Of a DNA stretch of 39,310 nucleotides, positions 5,951-15,963 are shown piece after piece. Where the stretch lies: positions 1 to 39,310 of IMG/VR virus record IMGVR_UViG_3300022719_000208. The stretch is one strand, 5' to 3'. The notes under the pieces are model-generated. The model ran no database searches and was not told where the DNA came from. It worked only from the letters and a program-made list of their open reading frames with translations. The translations under genes and the position numbers were made by a program. This DNA comes from a virus (Duplodnaviria > Caudoviricetes). The stretch's first letter is position 1. Every line of letters starts with the position of its first letter.

Positions 5951-7433
5951 GCGAGACATTTTAGAGCAGCTCTATGCGGAGGAGCTTTCCCTTCAGCGAG
6001 AGGTTCAATCCAGGGGGTTAACGAAAAAGATCAACTTTTATCGTCCTCATTTCAAACAATTAGAATATCATCTTTCCGAGGCGCGTTACCGTGGTCTTTT
6101 TTGGGGCAATGGTAGCGGAAAGACTCATGCCATTTGTGCTGATGCGATTTCTCAGGCTCTAGGCTATCAGCCGTGGGATAATAAATACCGTTGCGATCCG
6201 CCGCGAAAGATTATCGTTGCCGGGGAAGATTTTATCCATTCTGTCGCTTCGAGCATCCTTCCAATATTTAAAGACATGATTCCTTCGGACATGCTCGAAG
6301 TTTCTTGGGCAGCAATGCCAAAGGTTCATTCGGGAATTCCTAACGTGATTCCTTTTAAGAACGGATCCATGATAAGTTTATTTTCCTACCACCAGGAGCA
6401 AGGATCGGTGGAAGGGTTTGACATTGATGATGCTTACTATAACGAGCCGCCGCCGGAATGGTTTAGGATTGGAATCCGGCGTGGCCTTCGGCGTCGCGGG
6501 TCTAGGGAAACATTTGCCATGACGCTTTTAAAGGAGCCTTGGATATTCGACCAAATTTATTCCAAAATTGGGAAAGATCCTGAGTTTTGGGGCAACTCTG
6601 CAACCATTTACGACAATCCCCATATTGATGAAGAGGAAAAAAGGGCATGGGTGTCTTCTTTGTCTGAAGCAGAGAAAGAGGTTCGTCTTTGGGGCAAGCC
6701 TAGATTTTTGTCTGGCAGAATATGGAAACAATTTGATCCGGCTGTTCATGTGAAGTCCAATGAGCAATTTTTCCAAGATCCCGAATTTCGAGAGCAGTTT
6801 AAAGAACTGCCCAAGGGCTTTGCCATTGATCCGGCGAGTGGTCGGCCTTTTGCAATTATTTTTTTCGCTGTAATGCCAGGCAATAACTTTGTCATATATG
6901 ATGAGTGGCCAGACTTTAAGTATAAGGGTTCCAGAGAAACAAGAACAATTGACGAATACGTTGAGATATTAAATTCGAAAAAGAAATTCCAACTTGGAGG
7001 AGATCGCATAGCTTGGCAATTTATGGATCCGAAGTACGGCAAGCAGCGTGGTAATACAGGAAGAACCCTTGTCGACGAGTTTGCCGAATGTGGATATTTT
7101 CTTGATGTTGATTTTGTTCACGACGTTGATCCTGGTCACCTTGCAGTTGACCGACTTCTCGCTTACGACAAGACAAAACCAATATCATCGACCAATAAGC
7201 CAAGGCTTTGTATTCTTTCAAATTGTGAGAACACAATTGATGCCATGCTTAAATATACTTTTGACACAAAAACTGGAAGACCTACCGAGGACTACAAGGA
7301 TTTTGGGGACTGTGTCAGGTATATGGTTCAGGGTGGTGCTGAATATTACGACCACGAAGCGCAATCAAAAAAACATAGAGAACACGCCGCTTGGCTTGCA
7401 CATGCGAATAAGATTAGAATGCTAAAGAGGTGA
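5772..7433 (+). CDS. terL: Terminase large subunit
   Basis: PHFKQ adenine-binding motif, Walker A GNGSGKT, Walker B-like AYYNEPPP, DNPHI, RNase-H nuclease motifs AIDPASGRP and DFGDCVRY. Start uncertain (GTG 5772 or 5808). Confidence 0.93.
   Translation: MIERFWKKCDLSVNQKKPSTTTNKRPPQKSPLKEGALKEGALKEGALKEKFRRKKLTRAERDILEQLYAEELSLQREVQSRGLTKKINFYRPHFKQLEYHLSEARYRGLFWGNGSGKTHAICADAISQALGYQPWDNKYRCDPPRKIIVAGEDFIHSVASSILPIFKDMIPSDMLEVSWAAMPKVHSGIPNVIPFKNGSMISLFSYHQEQGSVEGFDIDDAYYNEPPPEWFRIGIRRGLRRRGSRETFAMTLLKEPWIFDQIYSKIGKDPEFWGNSATIYDNPHIDEEEKRAWVSSLSEAEKEVRLWGKPRFLSGRIWKQFDPAVHVKSNEQFFQDPEFREQFKELPKGFAIDPASGRPFAIIFFAVMPGNNFVIYDEWPDFKYKGSRETRTIDEYVEILNSKKKFQLGGDRIAWQFMDPKYGKQRGNTGRTLVDEFAECGYFLDVDFVHDVDPGHLAVDRLLAYDKTKPISSTNKPRLCILSNCENTIDAMLKYTFDTKTGRPTEDYKDFGDCVRYMVQGGAEYYDHEAQSKKHREHAAWLAHANKIRMLKR
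5863..5917. repeat. 15-bp tandem array ccctcaaggagggag x3.7; hairpin CCCTC-AAG-GAGGG
   Basis: Read directly; lies in the terS/terL overlap (SPQGG and ALKEG repeats). Confidence 0.95.
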
Positions 7434-7434
7434 T

Positions 7435-8436
7435 ATGAAAATTTCTTTTTTTGAAGAACCATTTGAAAGGCTTCGTTGGTCTCCCACAAAAGACTACAAT
7501 AAATTTTTAGGTGGCACGCAAGAATGGCTTTGTGATTTATCTTCAGCTCTTGCCAGGAGGGGGCATATCGTTTCAGTTTATCAATTCAATAGGGGCGAGT
7601 CTTATGAAAGGTGGCGAGGAGTTTCCTTTCTAGACAGAGAAAAATTTAAAGGCGATTGTGATGTTGCAGTCTCTTGGAACAATCGTTTTTCAATTCCTAA
7701 TAATATAAAAGCCAAGAAAAAGATTTATTTTACAATTGGTTTAGAGCAATGGATGAAAGAGGTAAAATTTAATTTGGATGGAATTGATTGGATGGTTGCC
7801 TTGTCGGATTACCAAAAGGACAGTATACAAAAGCGTGTTCTAAAATATTCCACAAAGTCCCACGATGATGTTTTTAAAGTAATTTCAATCGGGGCGGGTT
7901 TGGATCGGAGCCAATTTCCAAGACGTGGCGTTAGAGATGAAAACCTTTGTCTTTATTCTTCTTCTTGGGATCGTGGCCTTGTGCGCCTTATGGCCTGTTG
8001 GCCATTTCTGAAAAGAAGTTTTCCAGAATTAAAACTAATTGTTACATATAGTAACGATTGGACAAATAGGCTTGTTGGAATAGACCACAAGGTTCCCAAA
8101 GAATGGAGGTCTCTGCCTGGTGTTGAGTTTAAAACGCCATCGAGGGAAGAAATGGGCCGATTATATAAACAGGCATCTTATCTCCTTTATCCTTGCACTG
8201 GGTCGGAAAATTTTTGTTTGACTGCTTGGAAGGCTCAATTTGCCGGTTGTTATCCCGTTACAACAAACAGGATGGCTTTAGTGGAGACAGTAAGGTGGGG
8301 GAGTTTATCAAAGAGGATTGAGGATTGGGTTTGGGACGCAAAGAAGTCGATTGAGAAAAAGGCGTTTAAGGAAAAGATTGATCTTAATTTTCCAACATGG
8401 GATGCGATTTCCAGGGCATGGGAGTCCTTGGCATGA
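7435..8436 (+). CDS. GT-B fold (GT4-like) glycosyltransferase
   Basis: GGTQ...LARRGHIVSVY N-terminus, YSSSWDRGL, and ENFCLTAWKAQFAGCYPVT (EX7E-like, K variant). Confidence 0.88.
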   Translation: MKISFFEEPFERLRWSPTKDYNKFLGGTQEWLCDLSSALARRGHIVSVYQFNRGESYERWRGVSFLDREKFKGDCDVAVSWNNRFSIPNNIKAKKKIYFTIGLEQWMKEVKFNLDGIDWMVALSDYQKDSIQKRVLKYSTKSHDDVFKVISIGAGLDRSQFPRRGVRDENLCLYSSSWDRGLVRLMACWPFLKRSFPELKLIVTYSNDWTNRLVGIDHKVPKEWRSLPGVEFKTPSREEMGRLYKQASYLLYPCTGSENFCLTAWKAQFAGCYPVTTNRMALVETVRWGSLSKRIEDWVWDAKKSIEKKAFKEKIDLNFPTWDAISRAWESLA

Positions 8437-9164
8437 AGGATGTGAAACTTAGTATTTGTATTTCTTATTGGAACAGAGGGGAGCTTTTGCGCCAGAGTTT
8501 GTCCAGAATGAAGGAACTTTACAATTCTAGGGATGGAATTGAAATATGTATTGTGGACGATGGATCAAGAGAGGGGCCTGAAAGTTTTATCCCAAAAAAC
8601 TTTCCTCTTGACGTTAAGATAGAACATCTTCCATTTCATGAGGATTTTAGATCTCCAGGAATTGCTATAAACAAAGCCGTTGATATTGCAGAAGGCAGGA
8701 TCATCGGAATTACGCAACCAGAAATTTATCATTTAACTCCTGTTGCAATTGAAGCGATTGAATTTTTTGAAACAGAAAACAGAGAAGGCTGTTGGATTTC
8801 AACCCCTACCTTTGTTATGAGGGAAAACAAAAATGAAGTTGTTATAAATTCAAGGCGAGTCGATTATGTGGATGCCGAGTTATTAATTGGTCCCAATAGA
8901 CCGGAAAGAAAGCCTATATATTATTTCGGTTCCATGTTAAAAACTGATTTTTATGGTGTCGGAAAGATAGACGAGTCATATTCTCGGAAAAATTTTGGCA
9001 ATGAAGACAATGAATTTATTGACCGTCTTGAGGACAATCTCTTTGATTTTTACTGGTCTTATGGGCATGTTGTTCATCTATGGCACGAAGGTCCTGAAGA
9101 AGTAAATCCGTTTGTTCATACTGACCGATTTTTTTGGGGGACAGAAAAATTAACAAAAAAATAG
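8433..9164 (+). CDS. GT-A fold (GT2-like) glycosyltransferase
   Basis: LSICISYWNR, ICIVDDGS, AINKAV, G.IDESY...FGNEDNEF..R, HLWH; ATGA overlap at 8433. The usual DxD position reads QPE. Confidence 0.88.
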   Translation: MKDVKLSICISYWNRGELLRQSLSRMKELYNSRDGIEICIVDDGSREGPESFIPKNFPLDVKIEHLPFHEDFRSPGIAINKAVDIAEGRIIGITQPEIYHLTPVAIEAIEFFETENREGCWISTPTFVMRENKNEVVINSRRVDYVDAELLIGPNRPERKPIYYFGSMLKTDFYGVGKIDESYSRKNFGNEDNEFIDRLEDNLFDFYWSYGHVVHLWHEGPEEVNPFVHTDRFFWGTEKLTKK

Positions 9165-9712
9165 ACTGTCAGCTTAGAAATGCTGAGTATTTGGAAGTTG
9201 TTGGGATTAATGTTTGTGCGCATACCAAACCAAAATTTCCATTTTTAGAACTTGGTTCTTTTCGTGGTGGGTCTGCTCATTATTTGATTAAGGCCTTAAA
9301 CCATGAAAACCGAAATAGGGAACTTTGGTGCGTCGATCCATATGATAATCCACAAAATTATCTTAATGCAGATCCGGAGGAGCTAAAAAAATCTTTGAAT
9401 GATATTTTATCTACTTATGGAAATTGTCGACATTTTGAAAAAACTTCCGATGATTTTTTTAAGGAGGCGAAGGGCAGACATTTTTCACTGATTTTAATTG
9501 ACGGATTGCATACTCCAGACCAAATGAGGCGTGATCTTGATCATTCTATCGAGCATTTAGCTCCTGGAGGTGTTATTTTTGTTGATGACATTGACTGGGT
9601 TCCCGATTTTTCTCAATACGTTAAAGAAAGGTGTAAGCGTTTTGCTATTGAGTGGATTAGAAGTGAAGGAAAAATTATTCAAGCTGTTGTTTTTTCAAGT
9701 AGTCAAATATGA
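9134..9712 (+). CDS. Class I SAM-dependent methyltransferase (Methyltransf_24-like, sugar/small-molecule O-MTase type)
   Basis: LELGSFRGGS, WCVDPY, LILIDGLH, LAPGGVIFVDD; start uncertain. Confidence 0.87.
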   Translation: MGDRKINKKIDCQLRNAEYLEVVGINVCAHTKPKFPFLELGSFRGGSAHYLIKALNHENRNRELWCVDPYDNPQNYLNADPEELKKSLNDILSTYGNCRHFEKTSDDFFKEAKGRHFSLILIDGLHTPDQMRRDLDHSIEHLAPGGVIFVDDIDWVPDFSQYVKERCKRFAIEWIRSEGKIIQAVVFSSSQI

Positions 9713-10800
9713 GTGATGGAATTTATAGCGCCACAAAGGCTTATCAGTTTCCGCTAAAAATAAAGGAATTGCAATCCGGTTGTCAGCCGTATCCTGTTCA
9801 TGTGCAACTTATATTGAGCGATCTTTGCCAGCATGATTGTAGTTTTTGTGCATATCGCATGTCTGGCTATACAAGCAATCAATTGTTTCCTGATAATGAT
9901 GGCAATTCCAATCCGAATAGAAAGATTCCCGAGCCAAAGGTGATAGAAATTTTGGAGGATTGTGTTGCTATGGGCGTAAAGGCAGTACAGTTAACAGGGG
10001 GTGGTGAGCCTACGATTCATAAATCGCTTCCTTTGGTGTTGGATTTTTGTCACGCTCATGGAATTAAGTCTGGGCTGGTTACTAATGGATGCGTTTTACC
10101 AAGACGTAATTGGTGGTCTAGCCTTATGAATCTTTCCTGGGTACGAATATCTCTTGATGCGGGGAAAAGGGAAACCTATTGCAAGATTAGGAAGGTCAAA
10201 TCGCATATGTGGAAAGATGCCCTTAGGGCTATTTCTCAATTTTGTGAAAATCGAGATATGCTTGGTCGAGATATTGTCGTTGGGGTTGGGTTTGTCGTGA
10301 CCAAGGAAAATTATGAAGAAATTTTCCGAGCAACTAAATTGGCCAGGTCCTTAGGTGCTGATAATATTAGGATTTCTGGTGTTTTTTCCACTGAGGGTGA
10401 AAATTATTTTAAGGGAAACTGGGCCAAGCGAGCTATAAACATGGCAAAGGAAGCCGAAAGTCTTTCTACAACAGAGTTTACAGTTCATAATCGATTAAAT
10501 GAAAAGATACAAGAGCTTATGAGTGGCTCGCCAAAGCGTTCCTTTTGCGGTTACCAGCATTTTACTACTTATATTGGTGGTGATCAAAACGTATATCGTT
10601 GTTGTGTCTATGCTTACAACAAAAGGGGGCTTATAGGTTCAATACAAAAGCAGGGCTTTAAGCAGCTTTGGGATAGCGAGAAAAAGCGTGATAATATGGC
10701 TTGGTTCGATGCTAAGGGTTGTTCGCATTGTCAATTTTTAGATCGAAATGATGCCATTGCCAAGGCCGTTGATCAGCAAAAACATTCCGAATTTGTCTAA
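9709..10800 (+). CDS. Radical SAM enzyme with C-terminal SPASM/Twitch-like Cys domain
   Basis: CQHDCSFC (CX3CX2C), TGGGEP, VTNG, RISLDAG; C-terminal C...VYRCC...IGSI...CSHC. Confidence 0.93.
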   Translation: MSDGIYSATKAYQFPLKIKELQSGCQPYPVHVQLILSDLCQHDCSFCAYRMSGYTSNQLFPDNDGNSNPNRKIPEPKVIEILEDCVAMGVKAVQLTGGGEPTIHKSLPLVLDFCHAHGIKSGLVTNGCVLPRRNWWSSLMNLSWVRISLDAGKRETYCKIRKVKSHMWKDALRAISQFCENRDMLGRDIVVGVGFVVTKENYEEIFRATKLARSLGADNIRISGVFSTEGENYFKGNWAKRAINMAKEAESLSTTEFTVHNRLNEKIQELMSGSPKRSFCGYQHFTTYIGGDQNVYRCCVYAYNKRGLIGSIQKQGFKQLWDSEKKRDNMAWFDAKGCSHCQFLDRNDAIAKAVDQQKHSEFV

Positions 10801-10818
10801 ATTCTTTTCTTGCAACGC

Positions 10819-10847
10819 TTGACAACGAAAGTGCATTTGAGTATAAA
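10819..10847 (+). promoter_or_regulatory. Sigma70 promoter TTGACA-N17-TATAAA upstream of portal
   Basis: Perfect -35, 17-bp spacer, 5/6 -10, in a 102-bp intergenic gap. Confidence 0.75.
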
Positions 10848-10902
10848 TCTGCGCTTGAGCGGGCTATATCTATATGTTGTGTTATGGCTTGTTTGAGGCA
10901 CA

Positions 10903-13023
10903 ATGGCAAAAGAGTCACCAATCGTAGAGCAAGAAGCTGATATCACATCTCGGCGTGATATTATACCTTTTCTAAAAGATTTGCGTAAGCAGACGATTAC
11001 CGATGAGAGCAATCGTGCCGAGTGGGATGCTAAAAATGAAGAGTGGTATGCAAGGCGTTATGCTGAAGTAGATAAAGACCTTGCTTATCCTTGGCCTGGA
11101 GCGTCCAACATTTGGATTCCCATGTCCGATATGTTGATTGACAAGGTAAAACCGTCTTTATTAAACCTATACACTCAACCCAATCCCATTGTTCATTTCC
11201 GTCCCAGGCAACCCATTTCGTTTGATCGCGCCCGAAAACTGGAACTTTTTTATGATTGGGGTTGGCGCACGAGCATGAGGGGAGCGGTGGACGAGTTTTC
11301 CTATGCTATGGATAGTATGCTCGAAACAGGCTGGGGGGCCCTAATGACGACGTATGCTTACCAAACAGAAGCTACTACGCTTGTAATTCATAAAAAATTT
11401 TTACCTCCTCCACTAAATCGCTTTCAAGTGGTCAAGTCTGATCTTGCAGCCAATACAATTCGTCAGATAAGCGGTGGACAGATAAATCCCATAACGAAAG
11501 ACCAGTTCGATCAAAATATTGCCTTAATTGAGGATACAGTTCGAAGGCTTTATGGTCTTCAAGAGGACGATCCAATGGATCGCAAGGCTCTTTCCAAGAT
11601 TGTTAGGTTTTTGCGAAATAATGAAAAAGAGGTTCGTGTCGATCTTAGAAGTGAAATTGAAAACTCTCCACAGATTGTTTCAATTAACACCGAAGATTTG
11701 ATTTTGCCGGAATGGACACAAGATATTCAGAAATTAGATCGTGCAACTATTAAAATGAGGATGACGCCACAGGCAATGATGCGTCGTATTGATGACGAGG
11801 ATTGGGACAAAGATGCAGTTGAAAGAGCAATAAATAACAAGCGGGCCAGAACGGATAAGTCTTTTGGTCCATTTAATCCACGGTCTCAGCTTCAAGCGGA
11901 GCGTGAGGGAATTACATCCCAAGAAAGCGAAGATACCGTAGAGGTTTGGGTTAGTTGGTGTTATTACGATTATGATCGTGATTCAAGAAATCGCCTTTCG
12001 GTTGCAATGTATCAGCCTAGTACGATGGATGTTTTTAAGTTTATACAAAATCCATTCAAACACGGTCAAATTCCAATCACTATATTCCCATATGAATTAA
12101 ACAAGCGTCGCCTTTATGATTCTCGTGGCATTCCAGAAAAAATTCGTGATATGGAAGAGGAGGTGGCATGGCAGCATAGAATGAAATTGAACAATGGCAC
12201 AATAAAAACCAATCCATCGCTTGGTATTGTTCAAAGGAACAATTTAGAGCCAATTCATTTGAAGTTCCTGCCGGGAGAAATGATTCCTATGAAACAACAA
12301 GGTGATATTCAGCCAATAAATTTTGGCGCGGATACATCGTTGTTTCAGGAGCGAGAAGAGCTATTGCTTCGAAATTTTATGGAAGCATATGTAGGTTCTC
12401 CTGATTTGGCTCTAACTTCTTTGCAGGGCCAGCAATCTCAGTCAAAAACAGCAACCGAGATTGCTACCATCCAGGAATTAAGCCAGGTTTCTCTTTCATA
12501 TCATGCCACAATCGTACAGCAAAGAATGCAACGGGTTCATGGGCAGGTATGGGATCTTTGGAATCAGTTTGGGCCTGATGAGTTTTTCTTTCGTTTAACA
12601 GGAGAGAATCCTGTCAGGCTTACAAAATATGAAATGCAGGGAAACTTTGATATCATCCCTCGTGGCTCTGTGGGAACGACAAACCCAATTTTAGAGGAGC
12701 AAAGGGCATTAAACCGCCTCACTGTTGCGGCTCAGATTGTAAAGCCAGTTATTGATAATGATCCTGAAGCCAGATTCCAGATTGATATGGTGGAATTGGC
12801 TCGTGACTGGTTTCAAAAATCGGATCTTTTGCTTTCTGAAAAGGTTCTTCGGCGCATTCCAGAAGAGGAGCGCCGAGAAATTTTGGCGCGCCGCAATCAA
12901 TCGCAACAAGAGAGGCGGGCTCTTGAGTCTGGGCAGCCTATTTCATTGGAACGTGCCGCACAGCTTGCTGATAAGGTATCCAAGGAAGCTCCAAAGGGAG
13001 GTGACCAATTAGTTACTCTTTAA
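10903..13023 (+). CDS. Portal protein (P22-like/podoviral)
   Basis: 706 aa; PWPGASN, YDSRGIPEKIRDM, KTATEI motifs typical of large podoviral portals; GAGG RBS; position before scaffold and MCP. Confidence 0.87.
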   Translation: MAKESPIVEQEADITSRRDIIPFLKDLRKQTITDESNRAEWDAKNEEWYARRYAEVDKDLAYPWPGASNIWIPMSDMLIDKVKPSLLNLYTQPNPIVHFRPRQPISFDRARKLELFYDWGWRTSMRGAVDEFSYAMDSMLETGWGALMTTYAYQTEATTLVIHKKFLPPPLNRFQVVKSDLAANTIRQISGGQINPITKDQFDQNIALIEDTVRRLYGLQEDDPMDRKALSKIVRFLRNNEKEVRVDLRSEIENSPQIVSINTEDLILPEWTQDIQKLDRATIKMRMTPQAMMRRIDDEDWDKDAVERAINNKRARTDKSFGPFNPRSQLQAEREGITSQESEDTVEVWVSWCYYDYDRDSRNRLSVAMYQPSTMDVFKFIQNPFKHGQIPITIFPYELNKRRLYDSRGIPEKIRDMEEEVAWQHRMKLNNGTIKTNPSLGIVQRNNLEPIHLKFLPGEMIPMKQQGDIQPINFGADTSLFQEREELLLRNFMEAYVGSPDLALTSLQGQQSQSKTATEIATIQELSQVSLSYHATIVQQRMQRVHGQVWDLWNQFGPDEFFFRLTGENPVRLTKYEMQGNFDIIPRGSVGTTNPILEEQRALNRLTVAAQIVKPVIDNDPEARFQIDMVELARDWFQKSDLLLSEKVLRRIPEEERREILARRNQSQQERRALESGQPISLERAAQLADKVSKEAPKGGDQLVTL

Positions 13024-13034
13024 ACGACGTTGCA

Positions 13035-13394
13035 TTGGATCATTTGGGAAGGCTTCGCGAAAAAGAGCGAGAGGCTATTTTTGAAGAAATTCAGAAGGCA
13101 AAGGATTCTGAGTCTGTTTCAATTTATCTTCAATTTCAAATGGAATGGCTTGTAAAGCTTGTTGGGATGTTGCTTACAGGCTCTTTTTCTTCTTCTCGTG
13201 AGTGTGAGGAAGTTACTATACGAGCGCAAACACTTTTTTCCAATATGCAGATATTGGACGATAAAAAATTAGAGTTATATGACGTTGTGGCGTCTGTTTT
13301 GCGACAACAAAAAAAATATAAAGAGGGTTCTTTTGGCATAAAGCACGGGGATACTATTTCCAGGCTGAAAGGATTGCGAAATGGTTCTCGATAG
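13035..13394 (+). CDS. Hypothetical protein following portal
   Basis: 119-aa ORF, TTG start, fills the gap in the head operon. Confidence 0.6.
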   Translation: MDHLGRLREKEREAIFEEIQKAKDSESVSIYLQFQMEWLVKLVGMLLTGSFSSSRECEEVTIRAQTLFSNMQILDDKKLELYDVVASVLRQQKKYKEGSFGIKHGDTISRLKGLRNGSR

Positions 13395-13426
13395 AAAAAA
13401 GAAGAAAAAGAAGAAAGGTAAGAAAT

Positions 13427-13651
13427 ATGCCTAAATTTAGTAAAAAGAATGGTTCTTTTCGGTATGCCATGGATGGGAATTTTAGGCAGGCAGGACAAGT
13501 TGACATGCCTAGGCCCATTTTTTCTGGTCCGGACGGAAAGTCGATTGTTGATGGTCAGGTTAGGGGCCTTAAAAAGTCCCAACCGCAAGAGGCCATTTTT
13601 TCTAAAAACCCTACCCCTAAAAATATCTTTGGTTTGAGAGGTGAATTATGA
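13427..13651 (+). CDS. Small basic hypothetical protein
   Basis: AAAGGT RBS; ATGA overlap with the next gene. Confidence 0.65.
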   Translation: MPKFSKKNGSFRYAMDGNFRQAGQVDMPRPIFSGPDGKSIVDGQVRGLKKSQPQEAIFSKNPTPKNIFGLRGEL

Positions 13652-14538
13652 GCGGTGAGATGTTGAATAATAATGCCCAAGAAGAGAGCAACGAGAACTT
13701 TACTTCGGATGAAGGTCTTGTTGAGGGCGCGCGGCGTCCTGAAAATTTAAAAGAACGTCTTTCTCAGGTAACAGGCCGATGGGAGCGAACGCTTCGTGCT
13801 TTGGAAGATTCCAATGCCCGATATGCTAAGCTTGAACAAGAACTTGGCAAGATCAAATCGAATCATTCCGAGGCGCAAAATCAGCGTAAAAGCGAATTGG
13901 CCGACGTTTCCATTGATGATCTTTATTATAGTGAGGCGGAACTTTTGCAGCCTACTGAAGAGGAGTCTGAAAATCCGTCTGCTCGTCAGGATCGATTGCG
14001 GAAGCTATCGTTAGTTAGGAAAGAGATTAGGGATCGTGATAGGCAAGAAATTACAGGAAAGTTGACTGCTTCGGAAAAGAAGCAGAAGGCTAAGGGTGAA
14101 TTTGAAAAGCTCATGCTTGGAGCTATTCACTCTTTACAATCGGGTGCTTCTTCTTTCCGGGATCAAAGTGGTAACATCGATCCCAATTCTCAAGGAAGTA
14201 GAACTACCCAATCCATCATTCGCACTCTTTCGGAGAGGCATGGAGAAGATCGCGTATACGAAATTCCTGAGTTGGCTACATTGTCTGTCCTTGCGGCGGA
14301 TAATTATGTTCGTTCTCAGGCATCAGCATCTTCGAAATCACCTGAGAGTAAGTTGCGTTCAGAGCGCAGGAATGCGGCAATACCTGCTGGCGGCGAGGCG
14401 TCACGGGTTGAGCTGTCTCCTCGCGAGAAGGCCGCAAAAAGCGGTGATCTTAACGGAACCCTCGAAAATAATGAGGTTGTCAAGTCTATGATGCAGGATA
14501 TGCAAATGTTTGCAAGTCAAGCAAATCCTAATCAGTAG
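13648..14538 (+). CDS. Putative capsid scaffolding protein
   Basis: Acidic N-terminus, coiled-coil (LKERLSQVTGRW...), directly upstream of MCP; GAGGTG RBS. Confidence 0.7.
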   Translation: MSGEMLNNNAQEESNENFTSDEGLVEGARRPENLKERLSQVTGRWERTLRALEDSNARYAKLEQELGKIKSNHSEAQNQRKSELADVSIDDLYYSEAELLQPTEEESENPSARQDRLRKLSLVRKEIRDRDRQEITGKLTASEKKQKAKGEFEKLMLGAIHSLQSGASSFRDQSGNIDPNSQGSRTTQSIIRTLSERHGEDRVYEIPELATLSVLAADNYVRSQASASSKSPESKLRSERRNAAIPAGGEASRVELSPREKAAKSGDLNGTLENNEVVKSMMQDMQMFASQANPNQ

Positions 14539-14572
14539 ATTTGAAGCCTTTTTACTGAAAGGTGATTAGATA

Positions 14573-15535
14573 ATGGCTGTTTCTAATCCCCCTGTTTTTC
14601 AGGGAAACCTTTTGGGTGAAGACCTGAGCATGGAAATTGCTCAGATTGGTAATGAGAGTACCCCAGTAAGCATGATCTTGCCGGATCGTGGTTCGCGTTC
14701 TAGTCGTACCGAATGGCCCGAAAGGGGTCTGGCTGCTCGCGCACTTAATGCTAATACCTGGGGTGATGCTTATACGTTTGATGGTCCCTCTGCGGGAAAC
14801 AGACGTGCCAATTTGACGCAAATTATCCAGCAAGTTGTTTTTGTTGATGGTACAAGTATCGCAACGGAAACAATGGCGGGTGGAAATCCCATTGTGGATC
14901 AAACTCGTTTGCATCTGGTAGAGTATCTAAATGATGTAGAATACAACATCATTCGTGCTACTCTAGTTTCGGGTGAATCAGGTACAGCCCAGCAAATGGC
15001 AGGCCTTGTAGATTGGGCTCTTCAATATGGAGATACCACTACAGGCACTCGTTCTTGGACAACGACAAATTCCGGTCAAACGGTAACCACAGCGTTTTTT
15101 GCACAAATGCAAAATCGTATGAGGCGATCGGGGACGCGGTTAACCGACCTGCTAGTTTCTGATGCAGTTCGGCGTCACTTGTCCGTTCAATCATCTTCGA
15201 CCGAGTATCCTACCTATCGGTCTCAAGCTGACAATACTATCATCGAGGCAGTGGGTTCACTAAGAAACGATTTTGGTGAACACATTCTCCACACCACCGA
15301 TGATGTTCCTCAGCCGAATGATACCGGTTTTGGTGTTGATTCTACGAATGGCAATATCATTCTTGGTATTGATCGTTCTTTGGTCGAAAAAGCATGGTTG
15401 AGACAAACCCGCATGTTCCGTCTTCCTCCTCGTGAGGATGGTATTGCTGCCGTGATCCAGGGCGAAGTTACGCTTCGTGTTTGGGCTTCGGCTGCTCTTC
15501 ATGCGGATTGGAACGTTTTCGCGCCGGCTTTTTAG
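14573..15535 (+). CDS. Major capsid protein (SU10/DUF5309-like)
   Basis: EDLS...TP, NLTQIIQQVVFVDGT, DVEYNII, MAGL, KAWLR and GEVTLRV motifs; AGGTG RBS; followed by a hairpin. Confidence 0.87.
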   Translation: MAVSNPPVFQGNLLGEDLSMEIAQIGNESTPVSMILPDRGSRSSRTEWPERGLAARALNANTWGDAYTFDGPSAGNRRANLTQIIQQVVFVDGTSIATETMAGGNPIVDQTRLHLVEYLNDVEYNIIRATLVSGESGTAQQMAGLVDWALQYGDTTTGTRSWTTTNSGQTVTTAFFAQMQNRMRRSGTRLTDLLVSDAVRRHLSVQSSSTEYPTYRSQADNTIIEAVGSLRNDFGEHILHTTDDVPQPNDTGFGVDSTNGNIILGIDRSLVEKAWLRQTRMFRLPPREDGIAAVIQGEVTLRVWASAALHADWNVFAPAF

Positions 15536-15543
15536 ATAAAGCA

Positions 15544-15963
15544 ATGGAAAAGAAAAATACAATCAGGAAGGAAGGGGCATTGGCCCCTTCTTTCCACATC
15601 AATAAATCTGATCAAAGCTGGGTTGACGAATATATTGAATCTGTTTTTAGGAACTGGATTCATAATTGGCGCGATGAGTACAAAGATTTTAAAGCTGCAA
15701 TGGAAGTAGAGCGAGATCGTTATGACTATCGAGGAAGTTTTACGAACTTGGCCTACATGTCAAAAGAAAAAGATCGAGAAATTGTCGGCTTTGTTCCAAA
15801 GGGTTTGAATTTGATTATGACTAGTGTTTTTGGAGATGACTGGAATTTTAATCAATTTGTTTCAAATAGATTTTGGTATAAATTTGATTTAGGGCGTTTG
15901 CGTAAGGAAAAGCCTGGCCGTCCCGGCCCTGGAGAGAAAAGGATAGTTCGATATGAATCCTAA
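15544..15963 (+). CDS. Hypothetical protein downstream of MCP
   Basis: ATG at 15544, 8 nt after the MCP stop; overlaps the next gene start. Confidence 0.65.
   Translation: MEKKNTIRKEGALAPSFHINKSDQSWVDEYIESVFRNWIHNWRDEYKDFKAAMEVERDRYDYRGSFTNLAYMSKEKDREIVGFVPKGLNLIMTSVFGDDWNFNQFVSNRFWYKFDLGRLRKEKPGRPGPGEKRIVRYES
15566..15595 (+). terminator. Hairpin after MCP (terminator or mRNA-stabilising stem)
   Basis: gaaggggc-attg-gccccttc perfect 8-bp stem, extendable to 13 bp; T tract is short. Confidence 0.55.

Noticed and set aside
9134-9712. DNA methyltransferase
   Set aside because: No DPPY/NPPY or PC catalytic motif; the IDGLH...GG...DD pattern fits small-molecule or sugar O-methyltransferases.
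9709-10800. QueE or MoaA (7-deazaguanine or molybdopterin pathway)
   Set aside because: No queC/queD/folE/dpdA or moa partner genes; its context is glycosyltransferases.
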